Positions 1 to 7,863 of a DNA stretch of 38,842 bases are shown piece after piece. The notes under the pieces are model-generated. The model had not been told where the DNA came from and made no database searches. It saw nothing but the letters and a program-made list of their open reading frames with translations. Both the position numbers and the translations under genes were made by a program. Each line of letters opens with the position of its first letter. Positions within the stretch are counted from its first letter, which is position 1. Origin of the DNA: an uncultured Gammaproteobacteria bacterium (GTDB taxonomy: Bacteria > Patescibacteriota > Patescibacteriia > VMEV01 > CAYQCH01); NCBI GenBank assembly GCA_964503955.1, contig CAZDCG010000001.1, positions 68,962-107,803 of the forward strand. The letters run 5' to 3'.

Positions 1-253
1 CAAAAAAAGTTGTGTGGCGGTTATCGCCGATTTCGTCGATATCTTGGGAGCGGAAGCATTTCTGCGAATTGGTCAGGCGCGTCCCTTCCGGATGCTCCTG
101 GCCCAGCAAATACGGAACAAGCGGCTGCATGCCAGAACCGGTAAACAGCGTTGTCGGATCGTTTTCAGGCATGAGCGAAGCGGATGGGATAACGGTGTGT
201 CCTCGTTCTTCAAAAAACTTGAGATAAGCTGATCGGATTTCATTTGTTGACAT
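1..253 (-). CDS. alaS: Alanine--tRNA ligase, N-terminal part (runs off window start)
   Basis: Manual translation from ATG at 253: [84 protein letters not shown], the classic AlaRS N-terminus. Absent from the ORF track because it is truncated. Confidence 0.96.
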   Translation of the reverse strand, partial: MSTNEIRSAYLKFFEERGHTVIPSASLMPENDPTTLFTGSGMQPLVPYLLGQEHPEGTRLTNSQKCFRSQDIDEIGDNRHTTFF

Positions 254-327
254 AGAATGCTGATTTCAGAGATCGATGCTGGTTACAGTATCGAAAATCC
301 CCGCCGCAGTAAAGATCCGAGTATACA

Positions 328-356
328 AGAAAAAAGAGGCGGAGCAAAGCCCCGCC
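328..356 (-). terminator. Intrinsic terminator after the 379-1575 gene
   Basis: Minus strand GGCGGGGC-TTT-GCTCCGCC followed by TCTTTTTTCTT. Confidence 0.7.
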
Positions 357-378
357 CGCTTTCTTGCAAAGAAGCAAG

Positions 379-1575
379 CTATTCGCAAGCCTGATTTGTC
401 TCGTCGATTTCAACGCCGAATTGCTCTTCGGCAACACAAGAGTTTGCGTAGTATTTTCCATCAACGCCGCAAACCGGCTCATACACCTGAATGCAGGCAA
501 TATCATGCGCGGTAATGCCGGACGGAGTCATCTTCATCATGCCAGCTGCATAGTCTCCAACCTCTGAAGGCAGTGAGAAGAGAATGACATAGCTTGCTCC
601 GCCATCAACCGAGTTGTAGAGGTATTCCTGCTGATCTGTAAGCGGAAGCTCCAGTTTATCATAGAGGATTTCATCCTCGGGCGTTCCATAAAATCCATTG
701 GGATACGTCAGATACACTCGTTGATCAATACCGATGGCGGCTGGGCCTGTTTCCGTCACGGGATAGCCGCCCACTTTAGATTTATAGTTCTCAAGAGATG
801 CTTGAAGCGCAAGCATTTCGTTCAGGATTTGCTGCGAGATGGCACCGCCTTCAAAGACCACGTAGAAAGGCGATTGTTCGTATTCCTTTTGAGAGAGCAA
901 TTCCTCTGAAGAGAGATAGTACATGCCTCGTCCGAGATATCCGTACTCTTCCGTGGACAGCGGGCTTGTCAGCTCGAAGCGGTGCAAGGTCACGCCGTCT
1001 TTGCTCATAACTTGGAGCTGCCCCTCTTGAATGGCAGCTTGCACATCTGCATGCTCTGGCTGTTCAAGCGCAAGCTCTGCAAGATCGAGCGTCTCGCTGC
1101 TCTCGATAAAGGATTCGCTTAGATCCATGACGGCAAATGTTTGGTTTGAGATGCCAAGCCCAAGAGCGCGGAATACGCGCAAAGCATCATCCGGACGGCC
1201 GAGGTAATAACGCTGCAAATCAACTGGATTGATATACCATGCCTGCCCCTGGCTTTCTACCTGCAAGAGGATTTTTCCAGCCAGCTGTCGTGAAAGCGCT
1301 TCGTCAAAGTCGCCGGTTTCATTCCCTTCTCCGCGAAGCTTGAACAAATTTTCATCGCTGATGCCAAGCCCCATTTCCGACATGATGTTTAGCGCATCGA
1401 CCGGACGGCCAAGAAAGGAGGCCTTGCCTGTTTCAGGATGCACGTACCAGGCCTCTCCATTGGCCTCTACCTGCAGAACGATCCGCCCTTTCAGGTTTTG
1501 CGGAGTGGCGGCGAATGAACTGAGCGGGACGAGCGAAATAAGAGCAAGGAGCAAAGCGACGAGATTTCTTTTCAT
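379..1575 (-). CDS. Secreted protein: signal peptide, 2 CPR-type LLQVE..GEAWYV repeats, pilin-head-like domain, C-terminal Kazal-like domain
   Basis: Signal peptide MKRNLVALLLALISLVPLSSFAA; tandem ~53-aa repeats (res 28-80, 98-150); LQASLENYKSKVGGYP...YLYNSVDGGASYVILFSL...TPSGI; CIQVYEPVCGVDGKYYANSC. Confidence 0.8.
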   Translation of the reverse strand: MKRNLVALLLALISLVPLSSFAATPQNLKGRIVLQVEANGEAWYVHPETGKASFLGRPVDALNIMSEMGLGISDENLFKLRGEGNETGDFDEALSRQLAGKILLQVESQGQAWYINPVDLQRYYLGRPDDALRVFRALGLGISNQTFAVMDLSESFIESSETLDLAELALEQPEHADVQAAIQEGQLQVMSKDGVTLHRFELTSPLSTEEYGYLGRGMYYLSSEELLSQKEYEQSPFYVVFEGGAISQQILNEMLALQASLENYKSKVGGYPVTETGPAAIGIDQRVYLTYPNGFYGTPEDEILYDKLELPLTDQQEYLYNSVDGGASYVILFSLPSEVGDYAAGMMKMTPSGITAHDIACIQVYEPVCGVDGKYYANSCVAEEQFGVEIDETNQACE

Positions 1576-1579
1576 AAAG

Positions 1580-2674
1580 TTAGGTTATAACGGCATTGCC
1601 CAAAACGGCATCACCGTCATAAAAGGCGATTATTTGTCCGGGAGCAATTGCCCGCTGCGGATCTTTGAAATCCACGCGAAGCAGCGGCTCCATGCGTGAA
1701 GACGGCTCAACTTGCACCGTTACTTCCTGCAATGGCTGATTATAACGAATTCTTGCAAGACAGGTCAAAGGGAATGACTTGATTTTGCCGTCGATCCAGT
1801 GAAGCCGGCTCGCAAACAGCCGCGTGCCTTCAAGTGCTTCCAGCCTGTCTGAAACAACCAGTTCATTTGTTTCAGCGTTCTTTGCGGTCACGAAAAACGG
1901 CTTGCTTGCAGCGGTGACTGCGGGGATATGCAGGCCTTTTCGCTGGCCGATCGTGTAGAACGCAACACCCTCGTGTTTACCGATAACGGCCCCTGCTTCA
2001 TTCACAATATTCCCTGGCTGCTGAATGGTATACCGCTCGAGAAACTCCTTGAGGTTGACATCCCCGATAAAGCAAATCCCTTTCGTCGAGGGCTTATCCG
2101 CATTATGCAAGCCAAGCTCCCTTGCCTTTTCCCTGACTTGATCTTTCGTCATATGGCCAATAGGAAAAAGCGTATGGGAAAGCTGGAATTGATTCAGCGA
2201 AGATAAGAAGTATGACTGATCTTTTTTCTGATCAATGCCTGCCAGAAGTTTTACGGTATTTGAGGTGCCGGACACAGGATCGCGGCGGACATGGTGACCG
2301 GTGGCGATATAATCAGCTCCCTGCTTAAGCGCGTAATCAAGGAATGCGCCGAATTTGATGACCTGGTTGCAAAGAATATCCGGGTTTGGCGTTCGTCCCG
2401 CCGAGTACTCGCTGACGAAATAAGAAAAAACATCTTTTTTATATGCTTCTTCAAAGTCGATGGTTTCAATCGGGATACCAAGCTTGGCCGCGACATTGAT
2501 AGCGTCGCGGCGTTCTTCAACCCAGGGGCAAATATTCTTCTCGTCTAATTCATCGGACCAGATTTTGAGAAAGACGCCGCGGACATCGTACCCCTGCTCC
2601 AATAACAAAACAGCCGCGATTGCTGAATCAACGCCGCCGGATAAACCTAAATAAACGACATCTTTCTTTTTCAT
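1580..2674 (-). CDS. mnmA: tRNA-specific 2-thiouridylase MnmA
   Basis: GLSGGVDS PP-loop, TPNPDILCN, IATGH, KDQSYFL, GICFIG motifs. Start moved to MKKKD (2674). Confidence 0.96.
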   Translation of the reverse strand: MKKKDVVYLGLSGGVDSAIAAVLLLEQGYDVRGVFLKIWSDELDEKNICPWVEERRDAINVAAKLGIPIETIDFEEAYKKDVFSYFVSEYSAGRTPNPDILCNQVIKFGAFLDYALKQGADYIATGHHVRRDPVSGTSNTVKLLAGIDQKKDQSYFLSSLNQFQLSHTLFPIGHMTKDQVREKARELGLHNADKPSTKGICFIGDVNLKEFLERYTIQQPGNIVNEAGAVIGKHEGVAFYTIGQRKGLHIPAVTAASKPFFVTAKNAETNELVVSDRLEALEGTRLFASRLHWIDGKIKSFPLTCLARIRYNQPLQEVTVQVEPSSRMEPLLRVDFKDPQRAIAPGQIIAFYDGDAVLGNAVIT

Positions 2675-2718
2675 ACAGCACCATAACACCAGAAAACACC
2701 TTATCTGTCAAGCAATAA

Positions 2719-2820
2719 TCAGATGGTTTTTGCAAGCGCAAAGCCAATCAGAATCCCCACCGCCAGCATACTGAAGCTGACGAGGATGAGAAAAAGTGCC
2801 GATTGTTTTTCAGAATTCAT
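2719..2820 (-). CDS. 33-aa single-transmembrane small protein (not in ORF track)
   Basis: MNSEKQSALFLILVSFSMLAVGILIGFALAKTI*. Its ATG (2820-2818) overlaps the upstream stop (2819-2817) as ATGA; one clean hydrophobic helix. Confidence 0.7.
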   Translation of the reverse strand: MNSEKQSALFLILVSFSMLAVGILIGFALAKTI

Positions 2821-3380
2821 TGTTGATTCGATTTACGAGCAAAAATATGCATCCACGGACGTTCCGGCCCCCCTTGCCTCCAGGCATCCATAATCTCAAA
2901 GCCGGCAAAGAGAAGCATCGCGTTCAATTCCGCCGGCTGGTAGTAGTACTCCGTTTTTTGTTCGATTTTTGCCGCTCCCTGATTTGTCACGACCCGATGC
3001 CCTTCCCCTTCAAGCAGCGTACAGAACAAGCAGCCATCTTTTGCGAGCCAATCAAAACAGAGCTCAAGCCATCTCTGTACTCTGGAGCGGGGAATAAAGC
3101 TCAAGGCCTGAGCGATCCAGACAGCGGAAACGGATCTGAACGGTATAATAACATCCTCGAGCGCTTTGGTGACAACCTCTTGCGCGCGGCCTTGAACAGC
3201 TGGATTCTCCCCAAATGGCTCAATGACAATGGGATTGAATCCTGCTTTGATAAATTCAGCCGTATAAACGCCAGTTTGTGAATCAACTTCGATGATGGGC
3301 TGCTCCCGATCCGCGTACGCAAGCATCTGTTCAAGCCCTCTCGCGAAGCGGTATCGCCCCTGATTGGCTTGGTTGCTCAT
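2817..3380 (-). CDS. Class I SAM-methyltransferase-like protein, degenerate motif I
   Basis: IIEVDSQTG in place of (V/I)LD.G.G.G, later SAVWIAQALSF and DWLAKDGCLF (L.pgG.l motif), AGFEI. ATGA overlap with uppP stop. Confidence 0.6.
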   Translation of the reverse strand: MSNQANQGRYRFARGLEQMLAYADREQPIIEVDSQTGVYTAEFIKAGFNPIVIEPFGENPAVQGRAQEVVTKALEDVIIPFRSVSAVWIAQALSFIPRSRVQRWLELCFDWLAKDGCLFCTLLEGEGHRVVTNQGAAKIEQKTEYYYQPAELNAMLLFAGFEIMDAWRQGGPERPWMHIFARKSNQQ

Positions 3381-4171
3381 ACAAAAAAGATCAGCAATAC
3401 GATTGCCAGAAGAATGCGGTAGACTCCGAAGAAGTAAAGCCCGCGCTTTGAAATGAGTTTTAAGAGCAAATGAATGGCGGCTAGCCCGCTTAAAAATGCG
3501 AGCAGCAAGGCAGCTGCCAAATCAATCGATCCCATTCCCCCCGGCTGCTGAAAGAAATCCAGGAGGCTGAACAAACCGGCACCGGCAATAACAGGAATTC
3601 CCATCAGAAAGGAGAAGCGCACGGCCTCTTCTCTTGACAAGCCTGAAAATAATCCGCTTGAGATGGTGATTCCAGAGCGGGATGTTCCCGGAATCAAGGC
3701 CAGCGCCTGAGCAGCACCAATGAACAGCGCTCTTTTCCAGGTGAGCTGCTCCATCTTTAACTCAGTTTGGCGGTGCTGAGCCGTATATTCGGCAATCATC
3801 AGAATAATCCCCCAGATAAGCAGATTGACAGCGACAATCAGCACCCCCCGGACCTGTTCTTCAATAAACGTTTTCAGCGTAAGCCCCGCAATCACCGCCG
3901 GAATAGCGGAAAGCAGGAGCAATGCCACCAGTTTGCGGTGCGCTTTCGATTCAGGGTCAAAGAGGCTTGCGATCAACGAGCGAAGATCACGGTGGAAATA
4001 GACGAGAACCGCCAGCAAGGTACCAAGGTGAATCGCCGCGTCGAAGTTCAACCCCTGGTCCGCCCAACCGAAAAAACGCGGTAAAAGAAGCAGATGCCCG
4101 GAACTGGATATGGGCAAAAATTCCGTCAATCCCTGGACAATGCTAAGGACCATGAGTTGGATCATCGGCAT
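3377..4171 (-). CDS. uppP: Undecaprenyl-diphosphate phosphatase
   Basis: QGLTEFLPISSSGHL and ALIPGTSRSG motifs, multiple TM helices. Confidence 0.96.
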   Translation of the reverse strand: MPMIQLMVLSIVQGLTEFLPISSSGHLLLLPRFFGWADQGLNFDAAIHLGTLLAVLVYFHRDLRSLIASLFDPESKAHRKLVALLLLSAIPAVIAGLTLKTFIEEQVRGVLIVAVNLLIWGIILMIAEYTAQHRQTELKMEQLTWKRALFIGAAQALALIPGTSRSGITISSGLFSGLSREEAVRFSFLMGIPVIAGAGLFSLLDFFQQPGGMGSIDLAAALLLAFLSGLAAIHLLLKLISKRGLYFFGVYRILLAIVLLIFFV

Positions 4172-4174
4172 AGA

Positions 4175-5182
4175 CTAACGGAGAACCACGGTTGCCTGCG
4201 GCAATGATTCAGCCATATTTTCAAGTTCATAAACTTTCCCCGCTTCGGCCAGCCTCGGGACATTCGCGGAAAGAATCGGCGCGGGGAATTGACCGGCGCC
4301 GCTGGGATCAGCTCCAGCCGACTCTGGTTCAAGCGTAATCATGATCGTTTGAGACGAAAGATCGACAGGAAAGGCCAAACCGGGAAATACAGCAACAGGA
4401 GGATCGTTTAGAAAATCTTCTCCTGGGAAATCAGGCGATGATGCTTTTGTATCGCTGAACCCGCTAAAACGGTCTTTCTGATCCGCGCGCTGAAAACGCC
4501 CGGTTGTAAGCGTCCTGCCCCCGATAACTGCCCAGCCTTCATAGACCCAACCCGCGGTCGGCTGAGGAAGATTCAGCAAAGACGTGTTCTGGTACACGTT
4601 TCCAAACCAGACCCCGCTGCGCTCATTGATGAGACTATTATTATCCGTAGGCGTTGCGAGCATGAAGCTGCCGCGCGCAGCCGCGAGCGCATTCGCCTCG
4701 ACAAAAGACAGCACCGCGCGATCTCCGGAAATTCTTCCTTCAAGAAACGGGATCACAACCGGATTGCGCGGATTGGCATTGTCATAAAGAAAAATGCGGA
4801 CTGTATTGACTGATTTGACGGCATCGGGCAGTTCAAACATTCCGTCCGCGTACGCAGCGCCCCGGTTGTCGCTCATTTGCTCAGGCGTCTGATAAAGAAA
4901 GCTTGCGACCGTATGCTCATTCCCTTCCTGGTCAGTGACTTCCACCAGATACTGCAATCGGCTTTGAAGAGGCAATGTCTGTGGAAAAATCTGAAGAGCA
5001 GAGGGTCCCGCCTCCTTGATATCCAAGCGAGGTTCCTGCTTTGCGCGGTACCCTGCCGTGACATGGTAGGCCAGCGGTGTAAGCGCAACCGCCGTTAAAA
5101 GAAACATCCCCACCGTAAGGCGTGCATATCCCCTCTGCGTACAGACCCGCGCGAATAGTTTACGGATAGATTTGGTTTCCAT
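4175..5182 (-). CDS. Membrane-anchored exported protein with RskA-C/'anti-sigma factor'-like domain
   Basis: N-terminal TM, then ATPTD..SGVWF, LPQPTAGWVYEGW..TTGRF, DFPGEDFL, ITLEPE, resembling extracytoplasmic proteins annotated 'anti-sigma factor'. Start uncertain (5182 chosen; 5107 possible). Confidence 0.5.
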   Translation of the reverse strand: METKSIRKLFARVCTQRGYARLTVGMFLLTAVALTPLAYHVTAGYRAKQEPRLDIKEAGPSALQIFPQTLPLQSRLQYLVEVTDQEGNEHTVASFLYQTPEQMSDNRGAAYADGMFELPDAVKSVNTVRIFLYDNANPRNPVVIPFLEGRISGDRAVLSFVEANALAAARGSFMLATPTDNNSLINERSGVWFGNVYQNTSLLNLPQPTAGWVYEGWAVIGGRTLTTGRFQRADQKDRFSGFSDTKASSPDFPGEDFLNDPPVAVFPGLAFPVDLSSQTIMITLEPESAGADPSGAGQFPAPILSANVPRLAEAGKVYELENMAESLPQATVVLR

Positions 5183-5432
5183 CTTTGTCAAAAAGAAGAA
5201 TAGCCGCGACCGGGCATGCCTGCGCCGCTTCAAGAATTGTTTGAGGATCAACAAGCAGCGCGCCGTCTTTTACAATGGCGATATTTTCCTCGTCCATCTC
5301 GAACGCATCAGGCGCGACAACCACGCAGCTTTCAGCGCCGATACAGAGCTCCCGATCAACTTCGATGCGTGCGATTTGCAGCTTTTCCGTATTCAGTTTT
5401 TCAGGAACATTATTGACGATATTCAATGACAT
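5160..5432 (-). CDS. Single-cluster ferredoxin, probably [3Fe-4S] type
   Basis: VDRELCIGAESCVVVAPDAF...AAQACPVAAI (C-x2-A-x2-C...CP). Confidence 0.88.
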   Translation of the reverse strand: MSLNIVNNVPEKLNTEKLQIARIEVDRELCIGAESCVVVAPDAFEMDEENIAIVKDGALLVDPQTILEAAQACPVAAILLFDKDGNQIYP

Positions 5433-5437
5433 AAGAG

Positions 5438-5899
5438 TTACAGGCTTCGTTTAATGTCTTTCCACATACTCTTAAACTCTTTTGCCATTTTTTTCAAGGG
5501 TTGCTGCAGCTTTTTGCTTTTTGAAACCTGTTTCACCACGGAATCAACCATTTCTTCAAACGTTTCGCGGTTCAGTTCTCCTTTATACTTGGCGATTTTC
5601 GTCAACAGTTGCGCTTTTGCTTTCGCATAGAGCTTTAGGCCTTCAGGCGACACCTCGCCAAAAACGCGCTTTACCGTTGCCTCGGCTTGTTTTTTGGTGA
5701 CCTTGAGCTGTTTCCAAAGCCTGCCGGCTTCCCGCTCCAAGTCAGACTGCAGTTCTTTTCCTTTTTTGGGTGCTTTTAACAGACCGATTGCCGCTCCGAT
5801 AAGCGCGCCAACCGCCAAAGAAACGGTAGCCACTTTTGCTGTCTTCTTTGCCCTGCCATACCCAGAAAGTTGTTTGTTTTCTTTTTTCTTCATACGCAA
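5438..5899 (-). CDS. YtxH-domain protein
   Basis: GALIGAAIGLLKAPKKGKELQSDL signature followed by Lys-rich amphipathic helices. Confidence 0.8.
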   Translation of the reverse strand: MRMKKKENKQLSGYGRAKKTAKVATVSLAVGALIGAAIGLLKAPKKGKELQSDLEREAGRLWKQLKVTKKQAEATVKRVFGEVSPEGLKLYAKAKAQLLTKIAKYKGELNRETFEEMVDSVVKQVSKSKKLQQPLKKMAKEFKSMWKDIKRSL

Positions 5900-5902
5900 T
5901 GA

Positions 5903-7840
5903 TTAAAGCTGAATAGTTTGTCCTGGTTCAAGCGGCTTTGCCGAGTCCGCATTTGCCGCATTTCCGTTGCGAAGCGGAACAAGCTTTTCTTTCGACGCGC
6001 GCAACGTTACCTCCTCTTGTTGTTTCGGTTTAGACATGCCCGAAGCATCCTCTCGTGCTTTGCGCTGATCTTTTTTCTTCTTCAGACAATTTGAACAGTA
6101 AATTGGTTTATTCGGATCGGGCTCGAAAGGCACCGTATCTTTTATTCCGCACTCATCGCAAACAATCTCCGTCCTCTTTCGTTTCTTTTTGTCTTCACGC
6201 GAGACTTTCTCTCGCGAAGGTTTCGGCTGCACGGGCCGCGATGCGCGGATGGGTTCTGCAGCCTTGTTTGCCGCGGCTTCTTCAGCTGCTTCCAAAGCCT
6301 CTTCCCGGTCCATTTCCCTTTCTGCAGCATCCGATTCGTCGCGCCCGATGATATCACCAAGGTCCACGTCCTGATTCTGCGCAAGCAGCGTAGTTGCCTC
6401 ATTCAACTTCTGAACAATGTCCACCGCCTCCTGATTCCCCAATTGCGCCAGCTTCTCGTATTCAGGCAGAAGTTTTTCGATCTTTTTTATTTTCTTTTTA
6501 TTACGTTTTTTCCTCTTCTTTTCTTCATCTTTGACCCCTTCTTCATCCGGCGTGGCCATGCCGCTCCATTCGCGGATTTCCTGTTCGACTTTTGCCCGAG
6601 GCGACGCGTAATTTGTTCTGGTGTAATCAATAACCTGCTGCATGAAGCCGGTATCGCCCTCAAATGGAGGCAGGCCCTTCGCGCTGAACGGCTCAGACGC
6701 GATGCCGTCGATCATGAGACGCATGTAGCAGTTGTATTTTGGAATATTGACGAGATCGTCTTCTTCGTATTGCGGCGTAAATTCCTTTACCAGCTCTTCC
6801 GCGTCGGTGGCGCCAACACGGAATACAATCATGGTTCCCACATTTCCAAAAACCGCAGGCTTCACAACTTCTCCAAGCTGCTCGATATATTGATGCGCAA
6901 TAATCAGGTTCAAGCGGTATTTTCGAGCTTCTGAAAGGATATTGGCAAAACTGTCGGTTGCGAAATTCTGAAATTCATCAACATACAAATAGAAATCCTT
7001 TCGCTCATGCTCGGGAATATCAACACGGCTCATCGCAGCAAGCTGGATTTTGGTAATCATCATTGCTCCAAGCAAAGCGGCATTGTCTTCCCCGATGCGA
7101 CCTTTGGAGAGATTCAGCAGAATGATTTTCTGATCATCCATTGCCTGACGGATATTGATGGTTGACTGCGTTTGCCCCACGACATTGCGGATCAATGAGC
7201 TCGATAAGAATTGTCCGACCTTATTCTGAATCGGAGAAATCGCTTCCGTGAGGAATTGCTGATTGTATTTGGAGAATTCATCCACCCAGAACGCTTTCAC
7301 GACCGGATCCTGAATCTTTGCGATCACTTTTTTGCGGAAATTATTGTCTACAAACATTCTTGAGATGCCAAGCAGCGTGCTGTCCGGATAATCAAGCAAA
7401 GCAAGAATGACATTGCGCAGCAAATATTCCAGACGAGGCCCCCAGCTGTCCGCCCAGATTTTTTTGAAGACCCCAACAAGCCCTGAAGCTACTAGGTGGC
7501 GGTATTGAGGTTCAACTTTTTCAACAACGTTGAACGCAATGGGAAAATCCAGGTCCGAAGGATTGAAGTAAATAACATCTTTTAGACGATTCTCGGGAAT
7601 CAGCTTGATAACTTTCTCCACAAGGTCGCCATGAGGATCGACCAGAGCAACCCCTTTGCCATTGTACACGTCCTGAATCACCAGATTTTCGATCATGGTG
7701 GATTTGCCCATACCTGTTTTCCCGATCAGGTACATGTGGCGGCGGCGGTCATCGATTTTAATACCAAAACGCTGCCGGGCATTGCGGAAGTTGGTTTCTC
7801 CTAAAAAGGTGATTTCTGGATGAAGTGGAATGCGTGACAT
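5903..7840 (-). CDS. VirD4/TraD/TrwB-like coupling ATPase with C-terminal CxxC-x17-CxxC Zn finger
   Basis: Walker A GKTGMGKST, Walker B LYVDEFQNF, SEARKYRLNLIIAHQY; C-terminal CDEC-x17-CSNC (17 residues counted). Confidence 0.88.
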   Translation of the reverse strand: MSRIPLHPEITFLGETNFRNARQRFGIKIDDRRRHMYLIGKTGMGKSTMIENLVIQDVYNGKGVALVDPHGDLVEKVIKLIPENRLKDVIYFNPSDLDFPIAFNVVEKVEPQYRHLVASGLVGVFKKIWADSWGPRLEYLLRNVILALLDYPDSTLLGISRMFVDNNFRKKVIAKIQDPVVKAFWVDEFSKYNQQFLTEAISPIQNKVGQFLSSSLIRNVVGQTQSTINIRQAMDDQKIILLNLSKGRIGEDNAALLGAMMITKIQLAAMSRVDIPEHERKDFYLYVDEFQNFATDSFANILSEARKYRLNLIIAHQYIEQLGEVVKPAVFGNVGTMIVFRVGATDAEELVKEFTPQYEEDDLVNIPKYNCYMRLMIDGIASEPFSAKGLPPFEGDTGFMQQVIDYTRTNYASPRAKVEQEIREWSGMATPDEEGVKDEEKKRKKRNKKKIKKIEKLLPEYEKLAQLGNQEAVDIVQKLNEATTLLAQNQDVDLGDIIGRDESDAAEREMDREEALEAAEEAAANKAAEPIRASRPVQPKPSREKVSREDKKKRKRTEIVCDECGIKDTVPFEPDPNKPIYCSNCLKKKKDQRKAREDASGMSKPKQQEEVTLRASKEKLVPLRNGNAANADSAKPLEPGQTIQL

Positions 7841-7863
7841 ACTCGCAGTATAACATTATCCGG

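Noticed and set aside
262-299. Hairpin in the alaS leader (TCGATGCTG-GTTA-CAGTATCGA) as a T-box
   Set aside because: Short single stem, no T-box 14-mer or specifier loop, and its wobble pair favours the non-coding strand.
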